The notes below the pieces were generated by a model. That model was given only the letters and a program-made list of their open reading frames with translations. It searched no databases and was not told the DNA's origin. DNA of 64,000 nt. Source: Dictyostelium discoideum (Eukaryota). The stretch spans positions 2,272,001-2,336,000 of the forward strand of contig CM000150.2 of NCBI GenBank assembly GCA_000004695.1. The letters run 5' to 3'. The position numbers and the translations under genes are program-made. Each line of letters begins with the position of its first letter. The stretch's first letter is position 1. This document shows positions 14,518-32,382 of the stretch, piece by piece.

Positions 14518-15261
14518 ATGAAAAATGTGCGATTATTATTTTTGGCTTTAGTTTTATTAGCTTCAATTTGTTTAAATAAATGTTATGGATCAGGACCAGT
14601 TGTAATTTTTAATGATGGTGGATATGCTGATGATATTGTAGTTTATCAATCTTCAGTTAATAGTAATGTTGTAGAGAATGCAGAGAAAGATAACACTTGC
14701 AAACCAGGCTGGTTAAAATGTGTAAAGGCAGTGACCTACAATGAGAATGGTTTCTATGGTTTTAGAAACAGAGATATCTTTTTCACTAGTGACTGTAAAT
14801 ATATTGAATTCACCATTAAAGTAATTCCACACAGTGATGCCACTGGATCCAGCAGTAGCTCAACTGACACACCTGCACAATTAAATGATGGATCATCGTC
14901 ATCAGCAGTTGTACCACCAAAAATCCAATGTTCTGTTGAAACTGTTGGCATACCAAAACGTATCACCTTGAATTTAAATTCCACCTATGTTATGACTGGC
15001 AATAGCGAAGATTCACCAATTGATCTTTCCGATTGGTCTTTTGTTAGAATTAAATTATCCGATTTGAATGTTGATGTCGATACCTTTAACTCTTTCCAAA
15101 TTTGGGCCGATCAAAGAGATACAACCATCATTTTCGGTGGTGCTTCTTTTGTTGCTTCTCCAACTTCACTCTATCCAATTGGAACAACCTCTAATTCATT
15201 TGTACTTAAATCTTCTTTATTCTTTATTTTTATATCTGTTATTACTTTATTAATTTTATAA
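14518..15261 (+). CDS. Secreted, probably GPI-anchored, cell-surface protein
   Basis: An N-terminal signal peptide (MKNVRLLFLALVLLASICLNKCYGS), a Cys-containing ectodomain, a Ser-rich stalk and a C-terminal hydrophobic tail (SSLFFIFISVITLLIL) typical of a GPI-attachment signal. Confidence 0.55.
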   Translation: MKNVRLLFLALVLLASICLNKCYGSGPVVIFNDGGYADDIVVYQSSVNSNVVENAEKDNTCKPGWLKCVKAVTYNENGFYGFRNRDIFFTSDCKYIEFTIKVIPHSDATGSSSSSTDTPAQLNDGSSSSAVVPPKIQCSVETVGIPKRITLNLNSTYVMTGNSEDSPIDLSDWSFVRIKLSDLNVDVDTFNSFQIWADQRDTTIIFGGASFVASPTSLYPIGTTSNSFVLKSSLFFIFISVITLLIL

Positions 15262-15830
15262 ATAAAAAAAAAAAAAAAATAAAAAAATAAAAAATAAAAG
15301 ATAAAAAAAGTAAAAATAGAAAATAAAAAATAAAAATAAAAAATAAAAACAAAAATAAAAAAAAAAAATTTTGTTAGTTTTTTTTTTTTTTTTATTTTTT
15401 TTTTTTTTCTTAGCATTATTTTTAACCAACTCTTTCTGTTCCATAAATTGGGTTTTTTTTTTTTTTTTACATTATTAGTAATAATTTATAATCAAATAAA
15501 CTTTTTTCTTTCAATATATTAAAAAAAAAAAAAAAAAAAGCTTTTTTAATTATTTTTATTTTTTTTGTTATTTCTGATTTGATTAAAAAAAATAAAATAA
15601 AAAAATAAAAAAAAATAAAATAAAATTAAATAAAAAAAAATAAAATAAATTGAAGTAAAGTTCAATTTTTTTTTTTTTTACAAAAAAAAAACTTTTTTTT
15701 TATTTATTTATTTTCATTTTAATTTAAAATTTTTATATTCTTTTTTTTTTTTTAATATTTTTCTTTTTATTTTATTTTTTTTTTTTTTATAATATCTTTT
15801 TTTCTTTTTATTTATTATTTTTTTTTTTTA

Positions 15831-15868
<38 letters not shown>

Positions 15869-15975
15869 TGTCTTCATTTATTTATTTCATAAATCAAAAA
15901 AAACAAATAAAAAAAAAAAAAAAAAAAAAATCGAAAAAAAAAAAAAAAAAAAAAAACAAAAAAATATTTATATAA

Positions 15976-17443
15976 ATGAAAAGAAGGGGTAAACAAAATC
16001 AAAATATTGACAAAGAGGAACAAGAACAACAAAATGGTAACGTAAATGGTGATGATAATGAAAATGATGAAAGCAATGAAAACGATGACAACAATCATAA
16101 TAATATGAATGATGATATAATTAATAATAATGAAAATGATTATATAATTAATAATAATAATAATAATAGTGACGACGACGATGATGATAATGGTGATGAC
16201 GATGAAACTAAACCAATTGAAAAAGTACAAATTAAAAAACCAGCAGCATCAAGGAAAAAAAAAAAGGCAGCTTCAAAAAAACAACCACCAACTACATCGA
16301 TTATAAGTGTTAGTGCATTGGAAAGTAGTGATAAAAATTCCACAAACCTTGTACCAAAGACTAGATCTAGGGGTACTATAGTTCAAAGTGTAGAAATGTT
16401 AACAAGAAAATTACAAGTTCCCATTGAAATTTGTTCACCACCACCTCAAACTTTACCAATATTACCAAATGCGCCCATATATAAAAAACAAAAATCACTT
16501 TCAAAACCAATACCACAAAAACCATCACCAAATATATCTTCAAAAAAATCGAATAAATTAGCAGCAAAACAGCAGCAACAACAGCAACAACAGCAACAAG
16601 AACAGCAACAGGATGAAAAAATGGGAGAGGAGGAAGAGGTTTCTCATCAACCACCAAAACCACCTCATCCAAGAGCATCAAAAAAGAAAAAATCTGGAGC
16701 AAAAAGAAAACCAAATAATAGAACCAACAACAATAATAGCAATAATAACAATAACAATAATAATAATAATAATAGTAATGACAGTGATAATGAAACTAAA
16801 GAACCATTGGTAGATAAAGTGAATGATCATAATGAAGATAATAGTAACGGTATTGATGAGCCAACAGAAGGAATGGAAAATGAAGATAATAACACCAACA
16901 AAAAGGAACCATTCAAAAGGAAAAACGCAGTAAAATCACCAAATCAACTTCATCCATCAATCGAATCACCACCACCACCAAGAATAAATGGAAAAACTCA
17001 TATAAGTGGAGGTAATAAAAGAAAGAGTAAATCTGTTACTAAATGTGTTATACCACTTTTAGAAGGTTTAAATGATGAGTTAAATGGTGGAGGCTCAGAA
17101 GATGAAGATGAAGATGAATATGAGGAGGAAAATGAATATATTAAAAAGAAAATAAAAATAAAGAGTAGCCTTAGACAACCACCATATATAGATGATGAAC
17201 AAGAGGATGAAAAGGAAGAGGGCAATCAAGAGGACAATCAAGAGGATACTGAAGATGATAATGAAAAAGAAGATGATGATGATGATGATGATGATGGTGA
17301 CGAAAATGAATACATAAACAGTAATAAACGTAAAAGGATAAATAGACGAACTAAGGGTGTCACAAAATCAAAAATAAAACTATCATCAATACAACATCTA
17401 TTGGACGACCAAGATGAATCATTCTATAACCTTCACAAACAAA

Positions 17444-17528
<85 letters not shown>

Positions 17529-18154
17529 TCATCCATCACTTGCTAAAGATAAGAGTGTAAAAAGGGTGAGATTTCATATAGTGGGAGAAGAGAAAGATGT
17601 GCACGAGGCTGAAACAAATGAAGAAGAGGAGAGGGAGGAAGAAAAGTTATTTCCTTCAATTGAAGAGTATTATGGTGATGGTGATGGTGATGGTGAAGAT
17701 AAAAATACAACATCAAAAACAATACAAAACAAAAATCAAACACCAACTAGGTCAAAAAGAATTATCACACCAGTGGTACCATTTCTACAAAAAGAATCAA
17801 GAAAATCAAAAATCATAGACACTGCTAACAGGAGCAATACTACTCGATCAACAAGATCCAAATCAATTAAAGATGCTGAAAGAGATAGAGAGCTACAAAT
17901 TGTATTGGTAAGAGATAACGATTTTGGAAGTGAAAATGACGATTACAACCCATCATCATTGCCTCAAAATGATCAATTCTATAGGAACCGTATAAAACTT
18001 CTCAATACAAAAGATGACAAAAAGATTCCAAAGGATCTTTTACCACCATATATAAGGAGTCAAAATCTTGAAAAAGGTGATAGTTCAGAAGAGGAAGAGG
18101 AAGAAGTACAAGAACAAGAACAAGAAGAGGATAATGATAATGATAATGATAAGG

Positions 18155-18189
<35 letters not shown>

Positions 18190-20028
18190 GATAAGGATAC
18201 AACAAATGAATTACTAGTTACACAAAAACAAAAGCAAACCAAATTATCAACTAGATCATCAACTAGATTATCAAATGGTAGTTCGCAGACTCAACCTCAA
18301 TCTTCACCTATACCTACACCTACATCATCACAACCTCAAACTCAAGCTCAAACTCCATCTCAAACTCAAACTCAAGCTCAAACTCCATATCAAACTCAAA
18401 CTCCATCTCAAACTCAAGCTCAAACCCAAACTCAAGCTCAAACCCAAACTCCACCTCAATCACCAAAAAAAACTCCACCAACACCAACAAAAACTCCATC
18501 AACACCAACAAGATCATCAACAAGGAGATTAACCACTCTTGAATCAATACCTCAATCACCACAGAAAGTTCCATCAACACCAACAAGATCATCAAGGTCT
18601 CAACAAAAAGAACAAAAAGAATTAGAACCACCATTAACACCATCGAAATCATCAAAGCTTGGACATCTTGATGATTTAATTATTGGCGTCGAGAATGGAT
18701 ATATTAATATCTATAGTACAGAGAGATGTCCACATTTAACTCATCTAAGATATGAAAGTATCAATGAAAAATTATCCAACCCAAATGAGTGGAAATGTAC
18801 AGATTGTCATTACACCCATCCACTTTTTCTTTGTTTAACTTGTAATAAAATCACTTGTGGTACATTTAAACATAAACATGTATCAGCTCATTATAAATCA
18901 TCAAATCATCCTTTGGTTTTTGGTATTAAAGATAAATTTTGTTATTGGTAAGTTATATATAACTATATTTATAAAAACTATATTTAAAAATGATTATCAT
19001 TCTAATTACTATTTATTTTATTCTATTTTATAGTTTTATTTGTAAAAAGTTTGTTGAAAATGATAATGATGAGGGCGAACTTGAATTATTAAGAGGTATT
19101 GCATATGAATCATCATTTAATTTCTTAAAATCAAGATTTAATACTGAAGAAAAGTATGTATTCAAATATATATATATAAATAGAGAGAATCATTATTCAA
19201 CTATCAAGTTATCAAATTATAGATATTATTATTTTTATTATTATTATTATTCTTTCAAAAATTTGTTTTAAAATTTTAATTTGAAAATTTTTTAACATTA
19301 TTTTTTTTTTATCAGAATTACTCAAGATGATATTGAAGAGACAGCATCAAGCTATTATGAGATGGTATTAACAAGAAAAATATTCAAAATTTGGAGTGAT
19401 TCAGTAGAACATGAAGAAGGTGATGATTGGAGATCTAATGAACGTCATTTAGATCATTTAAAGGATTTATATACTTTTGTGGCTAATAATGACCCAGAAG
19501 CATCCTCACGTTCAAAAGCTTTCTTTAAAGAAACTTTAAATGAAATGAATGAAGAAAAAGAAGAGAGAGAAAGATCATTATCAACAAAATATACAACAAC
19601 AACAACAACATCAACATCATCATTATTATTGTCATCATCAACTACTACTACTACTACTACTAACAATACTTTAACACCAACATTAATTCCAACATCAATT
19701 AACCTTTCACCATCATCATCTGCATCATATAGTATTGGTATTGATACACCAGATCAATTCGTTATGAATGAAAGATTAAAAGAAATTGAAGAGGCTGAAG
19801 AAATCATTAAACAAAAAGAATTAGAATTACTACAACAAAAACAACAAGAATCACAAGAATCACCACAGCAACAAACAACAACAACAACGACAACAACAAC
19901 AAATGAATTATCCACTAATCAACAAAACCAAAATGATTGTGATGAAAAAGATAATGATCAAATGAATATAGATAGTGAAGATTCTAAAATTCCTTCAATT
20001 TCAATAACTTCAAATGATTCTCCAACTG

Positions 20029-20059
<31 letters not shown>

Positions 20060-20489
20060 TAATAATAATAACAGTAATAGTCAACAACAACAACAGTCAC
20101 CAATTGAGAGTATGAATATTACACCTCCTGCATCTCCATTAAAGTTAACAGGAACCTTAGTTAATGATGATAAAGGTAAAAGAAATTATTCTAGTAGTTA
20201 TTTAATGTCAAAAGTTGCATCATCACCAATCAAAAAAAATAAATTGATTCCAGGTGTTACAGGTCTTAGAAATTTAGGTAATACTTGTTTTATGAATACA
20301 ATTTTACAATCATTAAGTAATATAGCAGAATTTAGAACTTTCTTTTTTGAACTTAGATTTGGAGATAATAATCAACCATTAATACCTTCAAAACCACCAT
20401 CTCAACCACCTCAACAACAACAATCATTACCTAAAGGTAGACAATTGTTCACAAATGATAATCTACAAACCAATACTATCAATTCAACA

Positions 20490-20538
<49 letters not shown>

Positions 20539-21254
20539 CACCGACCACCACAACAGCGGCAACAACTACTAATACAACTACAACTAGTAAATTCAATCCA
20601 CATCCATATCAATATGATGAAATGGGTCAACAAACTACACCATATTTAAATGGAGCTAAAGTTAGACAGAGTACATTGGAATGTTTGGAGATTTTACAAA
20701 AGAAAAAGAGCGTAACAGATAATCTTGATGATAAATCATTTACTTTGCAACTTCATTATCTATTTAGATTACTATGGTCTGGTAAATGGAGTGTTGTTAC
20801 ACCATCGAGTCTATTGGAATCAGTTTGGAGAAATATACCAAAGTTTAAAAATTATCAACAACAAGATGCTCAAGAATTCCTTTCATATCTATTGGATGAA
20901 GTAACAAAAGAATTAAATCCAAAAAAGAAATCTAATCAAAATTCATCATCTGTTGATAATAAATCACAACCACCACCACATCCAACTATTCCTACTAGAA
21001 AAAGTTCTATTAGATTAAGACAACAACAATCACCACCAACCTCACCACCATCATCACCAACAACAACAACAACAACAAAAACATCATCTTCTAGATTTAA
21101 AAAAAGAAATACTAATGAATCAAAAAAGAATTCAATTAATGATTTGGTTACCCAAAGTGATGAAAATTCCAACCAAACTATAAAAGAAACTAAAAAGAGA
21201 GGCAGAAATATTACAGATGAAAGTGATGATGAACATCAAAATGAAGAAAATCAA

Positions 21255-21302
<48 letters not shown>

Positions 21303-21953
21303 CAAACAACTCAAATACCTGATGAACAATCTGAAATAACCTTTATATCTCCAATGGATATCAATAAATCAAATAGTTCTCCAACTATTAATACACCAAT
21401 AACATCACCAACAACAACAAATACAACAACAACTGATTCATCACAAACATCAAAAACTACAGAACAACCACAACAACCACAATCACCAGATATTGTATCG
21501 AAAATTTTCCAAGGTCAATTAAAAAGTGAGATTATCTGTTCAAATTGTAACAATAATGTCTCTAGAATTGAACCATTTTTAGAGTTAACATTGGATGTTC
21601 CAGTGTTTAATCAACCAAAAAAGATAACTAGAACAAGAAAGAAATTGGCAATTGATACCACCACCACCGATTCTGATGGTAGCACATCAAATAATAATAT
21701 TTATAATCTTGAAAAATCATGTACATTGGAAGACTGTATTCAATTCCTAACAAAACAGGAAATGTTGGAAGGTAAAATGTATTTCTGTGAAGCTTGTAAA
21801 TCAAAACAAGATGCTAAAAAACAATTCACTATTCAATCATTACCAAATATCTTGTGTATCGTTTTAAAAAGATTCTCTTGGGCTCATTCAAGTAGTTCAA
21901 AAATAACAACCAAAGTTAAATTCCCTTTCGAATTGGATTTAACTCCTTTTGTA

Positions 21954-22020
<67 letters not shown>

Positions 22021-22601
22021 GTAATAATAATGATAATAGAAATAATGAAAATGACAAAACTGGAAGCAGTTCAAGTACTGATTCTGGGGTTGAAATTAAA
22101 GATCAATTACAAGAAGATGGAGATAAAAGTACATCAGCAAGTGAAGATTTGGATGATGGTATAGAATTTATAACAAATCCAATGCAGAGTGTCACTACTA
22201 ATACTAATAATACTACTACTACAACCACTACTGCCACTGATTCTGAATCACAATCAGATATTTTAACAATTCCTCAAATATCAAGTGATCAGGGTGAAAG
22301 TAATGAAAACAATGAAAATAATAAAAATGATAATAGTAATAATGATCAATCATCATCAACAACAACAACATCAACAAATGTAATTAACACTTATGAACTT
22401 TTAAATGTTATCAATCATCATGGATCGGGATTATTTTCAGGTCATTATACTGCATTTTGTTTTAATGATCAACAAGAGATTTGGGTTCATTATAATGATA
22501 GTAGATCAAGAATAGTGGCAGCTGAAGAAGTTATCGAAGATTCACAATCAAATGCTTATATTTTATTTTACCAAAGAAAAGAAATACCAACTAATCAATA
22601 A
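15976..22601 (+). CDS. Ubiquitin carboxyl-terminal hydrolase (USP) with ZnF-UBP, USP16/45-like. Exons: 15976..18947, 19034..19153, 19316..22601 (about 2125 aa).
   Basis: Exon 1 is a ~990-aa acidic/basic, N/Q/E-rich disordered region. It ends in a ZnF-UBP (ERCPHLTHLRY...LCLTCNKITCGTFKHKHVSAHY...FCY) that is split by a GTAAGT intron, which turns FCYW-stop into FCYCFICKKFV. Exon 2 ends GAAGAAAA|GTATGT, and the next intron ends at tatcag. Exon 3 carries the Cys box GLRNLGNTCFMNTILQSL and the His box NHHGSGLFSGHYTAFC. All phases are consistent. Confidence 0.8.
17448..17527 (+). repeat. (CAA)n coding repeat (poly-Gln, ~27 units) in the USP gene
   Basis: Pure caa repeats, in frame. Confidence 0.9.
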
Positions 22602-23153
22602 TATAAATAAATATAAAAATAAAAATAAAAATAAAAAAAAAATAAAAAAAACATAAAAATAGCAAAAAATATATTTTATCGAACAAAAAAAAAAGACAAA
22701 AAAAAAATATCCAAATATCGATTTCTTTTTTTTATTTTTTCATTTTTTTTTATTGTAAACTAATTTTTTTTATTTTTAATATAAATTTAGTATATAAAAG
22801 CACTCAAAAAATACACAAAATCATAAAAAATAAAAAAAAATAAATATAACCATTCTGTTTTTTTTAATTTTCCCAAATGGCAAATGTTTTAATCAATATT
22901 ATTTTTTTTTTTTTTTTTGTAAAAATTAAAATAAAAAATAAAAAATGAAAAATAAAAAATAAAAAATAAAAAAAAAAAATTAATTTTTTGAAATTTTATT
23001 AACCACATTAACCCTCCCTTCACACACAAACACATTACACAAATATTTCAAGATTAATTATTCATTCACACACTGTTAAAAAAAAAATAATAAATAAATA
23101 AATAAAAAAATAAAATAAATTAAATTAAAAAAAAAAAAAAAAATTCAAATAAA

Positions 23154-24270
23154 ATGAATAATATAAATTTAGAATTAAATAATGAATTTATAGTTATAAA
23201 TAATAATCAAAATGAATGGGTTAAATTAAATGTTGGTGGACAAATTATTCATACTACATTAACAACATTAACCAAAGAAAAAGGTAGTATGTTAGGATTA
23301 ATGTTTAAAAAAGATACAACATGGAAACACACAAGAGACGAGAATGGTTTCATTTTAATTGATGCCGATCCACGTTATTTCATGGTAATATTAAATTTCT
23401 TACGTCATGGTGAAATCGTAGTTGAACCAAATTTAAATTATTATGGTGTTTTATCATTAGCAAGATATTTTGGTTTAAATAGTTTAACTGATTTAATTGA
23501 TAATGAAGGTAAAAAGAAGAAGAAAAAAAAAAAAAAAAAAAAAAAAAAAACTATTATTAATTTTATTTTTTTTATTTTTTTTAGAAAATAATAAAAATAG
23601 TTGGTCAAATTTATTAGAAGAGAATTTTGTATCAAATGAATTAGATTATAATAGATGGATTGTTCAAAGAGATAGTCCAGGTTCAAATTTCATTTTGGAA
23701 GAAGGTAAATTTAAATTAATTAATAGAGCATATTTAGTTAGTAAGGAACAATTTAATCCAGATGATGGTGAGATTAGAATAACGGGTATTTGGACCAAAG
23801 ATTCACAAGAGGATTTCTTTCAAGTTGCAACACGTTCAGATGGTTCAAATCAAGGTTCACCTTATTTTGAAGTTAAAAATGGTATAGAATTTCATTATAG
23901 TAGAGGTCAAGCAACAATAATTGGTCGTGGTTCTATATTACCATCGGGTATGGTTAAAATTAAGAAACAAGGAGAATTCTTTTTTGGTGCTGGTGTTCCA
24001 GTTCATTTCGAAATTTTCGATGATGGTTGCACTGTTTCTTTCTCTTTATGGGAAACTACTCATAATACTAGTATCACAATTGAAACTACTTGTACAAATA
24101 AAAACTTAACAAACTATTTGGTAATTCATAATAGAGAGAAAATTAATACAAATAGTATGTCCTCTTGGATTTCAAATTTGAAGGTTTCAAGATGGGATAA
24201 ATCAACACCACGTAGAAATCGTTATAGAAGATTAACTGATAAGAGATTAAATTTAAATACTAGTATGTAA
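23154..24270 (+). CDS. BTB/POZ (KCTD/T1-type) domain protein with a C-terminal domain of unknown function. Exons: 23154..23508, 23585..24270.
   Basis: WVKLNVGGQIIHTTLTTL...DADPRYFMVILNFLRHGEIV is a KCTD-type BTB. Donor GAAG|GTAAAAAG is phase 1. The intron is mostly poly-A/T and ends at ttttttag, restoring the frame of the downstream ORF (ENNKNSWSNLLEENF...). Confidence 0.7.
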
Positions 24271-24805
24271 ATTTTAATTTTAATTTTAAATAAAAATAAA
24301 AATAAAAAAAATAAAAAATTAAAAATAAAAAAAATCAAAATTAAAAAAATATTCACTGGGAAATCTGGACAAATCTTGGTTTTTTTTTTTTTTTGTTTTT
24401 TTCTCAAAATCCAAGTGCATGTTGTGGATCCCCAACTTTTTTATTTTTTTATTTGAAATTATAAAAAAAAATTAATTTTAAATTAATTAATAAATTAAAA
24501 AAAAAAAAACAATAAAAAAAAAAAAAATCAGTTAAACAACAAGGATTACAATAAAAACCTTTAAAAGAACACTCGGTTCTTAAATATATAAGAAAATTTT
24601 AAATAATTTAAGTGTTACTTGTGAAATTAAGTTATAAAAATAATTTAATTTAAAAAAATAATAATTTAAAAAAAAAAAAAAAACTGAACAAAGTTTCAAA
24701 TTGATATAAAAAAAAATCTCAAACAATTAAATTTCAAAACAAAATAAAAAAGACACAACAAAAATTTCAAATAAAAAAAATTAAATAAAAAAAAATAAAA
24801 CAATT

Positions 24806-25615
24806 ATGGATTCACATAAAGATATAAATTTCAGTATTTGGTTTTATGACCAAGATCTAAAAAGTTACATCAGAATTTTAAATGACAAAGGGAAAGAAAT
24901 TCAAATTGGAAATAATGAAACTAAAAATTTTAATGTTGCACTAAATCAAGATTTAAATTTTAAATTATTTTCTAAACAATATTTGGGTTTAGAAGGTTCA
25001 ATCCGTATTAATATCGACAAAGATAATGAAATAAGTTGTACCAATACAATTGATACTCCAATCTCTATGGATTTTATATATGACAAGACAAATAATATTA
25101 TAAAATTCAATATAACCAACAAAAGAAAGAATTTAAATAAAGTGGAAAATAACTCATTCTTCACTTTGGAAAAATCAACATTTGAAAGGAATGTCTCTGA
25201 AAGGAGTTATAATTCTCTTAAAGTTGTCCAAAGAAATTCAGCAAAGAAACCAATTTTTGTTGACATTGGTAATACTCGACGTATTACTATTCCACCAATT
25301 AGAAAGGTAATTGAAAAAGAAGAAATCGACTCAAAGGGAAAAATAATAAAAAAACCCACTGTAATTTGTAATTTCTCACCATTAAGTTCTGTTATATATG
25401 ATTTAACAACCTATGACAAAAATGGTAATGAATTAGGAAAAGGTTTTGTCACTATAATTTTAAACGTAAAATCTACTTTTAGCTCCAAAATATTTGAAAT
25501 TGAAAAATCAAAAATGCCTTCAAATTTAAAAATTAAATCAGTCCATCACAACGGAAAAGGTACTGAATTTATTTTTATTAATGAACATTCTTTGGTTGGG
25601 ACTGCTGCTTCTTAA
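24806..25615 (+). CDS. Hypothetical protein (269 aa), no recognisable domain
   Basis: A clean ORF with normal, not low-complexity, composition in an otherwise AT-rich intergenic region. No similarity recognised. Confidence 0.45.
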   Translation: MDSHKDINFSIWFYDQDLKSYIRILNDKGKEIQIGNNETKNFNVALNQDLNFKLFSKQYLGLEGSIRINIDKDNEISCTNTIDTPISMDFIYDKTNNIIKFNITNKRKNLNKVENNSFFTLEKSTFERNVSERSYNSLKVVQRNSAKKPIFVDIGNTRRITIPPIRKVIEKEEIDSKGKIIKKPTVICNFSPLSSVIYDLTTYDKNGNELGKGFVTIILNVKSTFSSKIFEIEKSKMPSNLKIKSVHHNGKGTEFIFINEHSLVGTAAS

Positions 25616-25754
25616 ACTTTTTTTTTTTTTCATTTTATTAAAATTGTACATTTTTTCTTTTACTTTTTTTTAACTATATTTTTTAAAAATTTATAAATAA
25701 ACTATAATTTAAGGATAATATTATCCAATATAAACCATTTTTTCATTAATATTA

Positions 25755-25798
<44 letters not shown>

Positions 25799-25917
25799 AA
25801 TAAAAGTGAAAGAAAATGTTGGAAATGATTTGATTGAAATAAATAAGGTTTTTTTTATTTTAATTTTATTTTATTTTATTTTCTTCTTTAATATTTTCTT
25901 AAAATTGATATAAAAAT

Positions 25918-30573
<4,656 letters not shown>

Positions 30574-30943
30574 TCTCGAAAATGTGTGGGGGTTTTTATA
30601 TTTTCAAAAAAACATAAAAATACCACCATACACGTTTATATATATAAAAGGTTATAATTTTTTTTTTTTTTTTTTATTGTTGCAAAATTTTGATTAAGAT
30701 TTGTTTTTTTTTTTTTTTTATTATTATTATAAAATTTTTGATTAAGATGTACTTTTTTTTTTTTTTTTTAAATTTAATTTTTTTTATATTTTTTTTTTTT
30801 TTTTTTTCTCCTACTGTTTTTTGATTTTTGATTTTTTTTTTTTTTTTTTTAATTTTTTTTAAAAAATTTTTTTTTATTTTTTAATGTGATATATAGTTAG
30901 ATTGGGTTGGGTTGATTGATATTAATACTGATTTGTGAATTGT

Positions 30944-30983
<40 letters not shown>

Positions 30984-31394
30984 TTTTAAAAATTTAATTT
31001 TATAATTATTTTTTTTTTTTTTTTTGTTTTAAAACTTAATTTTTTAATTATTTTTTTTTTCTATTTTTTTTTTCACTTTTTCTATTTTTTCTCAAAACAA
31101 AAAAATAGGAAGCCAAACGGAACTTTCTTTTGAAACATATGAACAAGCATATATGTGATTATAATTCGGCTTTTTTAGAATAAAAAAATAAATTTTATAA
31201 AAATGAAAATAATTTTTTTTCGAATTTTCGAGTGATCATTTTTTTTTTCATTTTTTGGTTCCACTCCAAGCATAAGAAGTATATTTTTTTTAAATTTAAA
31301 GTCAAAAAAAAAAATAAAAAAAAAAGAGATTTTTCTGAATCTTTTTTTTTTAATTAAAAAAGTTAAATGATTATTTTAAACATATTTAATTAAA

Positions 31395-31437
<43 letters not shown>

Positions 31438-31507
31438 CCAAAAGAATATTATTAGGAAAAATTTATTGAGGTTGCTTGTATTAGTTTAAAAAAAAAAAAA
31501 AAAGAAC

Positions 31508-31672
31508 AAACAAAAAAAAACACTGGTGATTTGGTTATTAAAAAATAATTGCCATTAGTAAATAAAAAAATATTAAAAAAAGACTAAACAAAAAAAAACA
31601 CTGGTGATTTGGTGATTCAAAAAAAAAATAATTGCCATGAGTAAATAAAGAAATTAAAAAAAATATTAAAAA
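31508..31672. repeat. Tandem ~80-bp direct repeat (2 copies) in the intergenic region
   Basis: Copy 1 reads acaaaaaaaaacactggtgatttggttatt-aaaaaataattgccattagtaaataaa...atattaaaaaa. Copy 2 reads acaaaaaaaaacactggtgatttggtgattc-aaaaaaaaaataattgccatgagtaaataaa...atattaaaaaa. Confidence 0.75.
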
Positions 31673-31729
31673 ATAAAAATATAAAAAGATAAATAAGTTT
31701 CATCACATTTTTTTATTTTTAAACTTCGA

Positions 31730-31764
<35 letters not shown>

Positions 31765-32382
31765 ACCAACAGATTATTAGGGTTCGGAAAAATAAATTTA
31801 TGAGGTTGTTTTTAAAAAAAAAAAAAAAAAAAAGACTAGAAAATTAAAAATAAATAAATAGTTGTCTAAATAAATGTTAAAAGACAATCTTACAATTTTT
31901 ACGGATTAGTGATAAGATGAGCCTGGTCTTTGGGAATTTTTAAAAAAAAAAAAAAAAATCAAAAAAATCAAAAATATCTTGGCACCCAGCCGAAGAAAAA
32001 AAATAATTGTTCCATTGGTGAGTGGAATCAAAAAAAGAATGTTCATCTTATCTAAAAATAGTAAATGAATGGTTTTTGTTGAGAAAATTCATTGGGGAAT
32101 TTTGAAAATCCTTAAGATTAAGATGGGATTTGTTCGTAATTTATTGCTGTGCATTTGAAATTAAATACCACAGAGTTATTTTTATTTTATTTTTATTTTT
32201 ATTTTTTTTATTTTTTTTTTTTTAACAATAATAGTTTTTAGTATAAATAGTTTTGTTTTTGTTAAAGCTCAACACCAAATTCAAACAGTTGGAAAAAACA
32301 AATAAATAAATTAAAATTTTTTTTTATAAAAAAAAAAAAAAAAAAAAAAAAACAATACATATATATATATTTATAAAATAAA

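Noticed and set aside
18275-18655. ORFs encoding LKLKLH and EFELEF repeats, in frame +3 and on the minus strand
   Set aside because: These are alternative-frame and antisense readings of the (CAAACT)n coding repeat inside the USP exon. The same artefact appears at 33467..33709.
23441-23686. 81-aa minus-strand ORF with a poly-Phe tract
   Set aside because: It covers the poly-A/T intron of the BTB gene on the opposite strand and is a homopolymer artefact.
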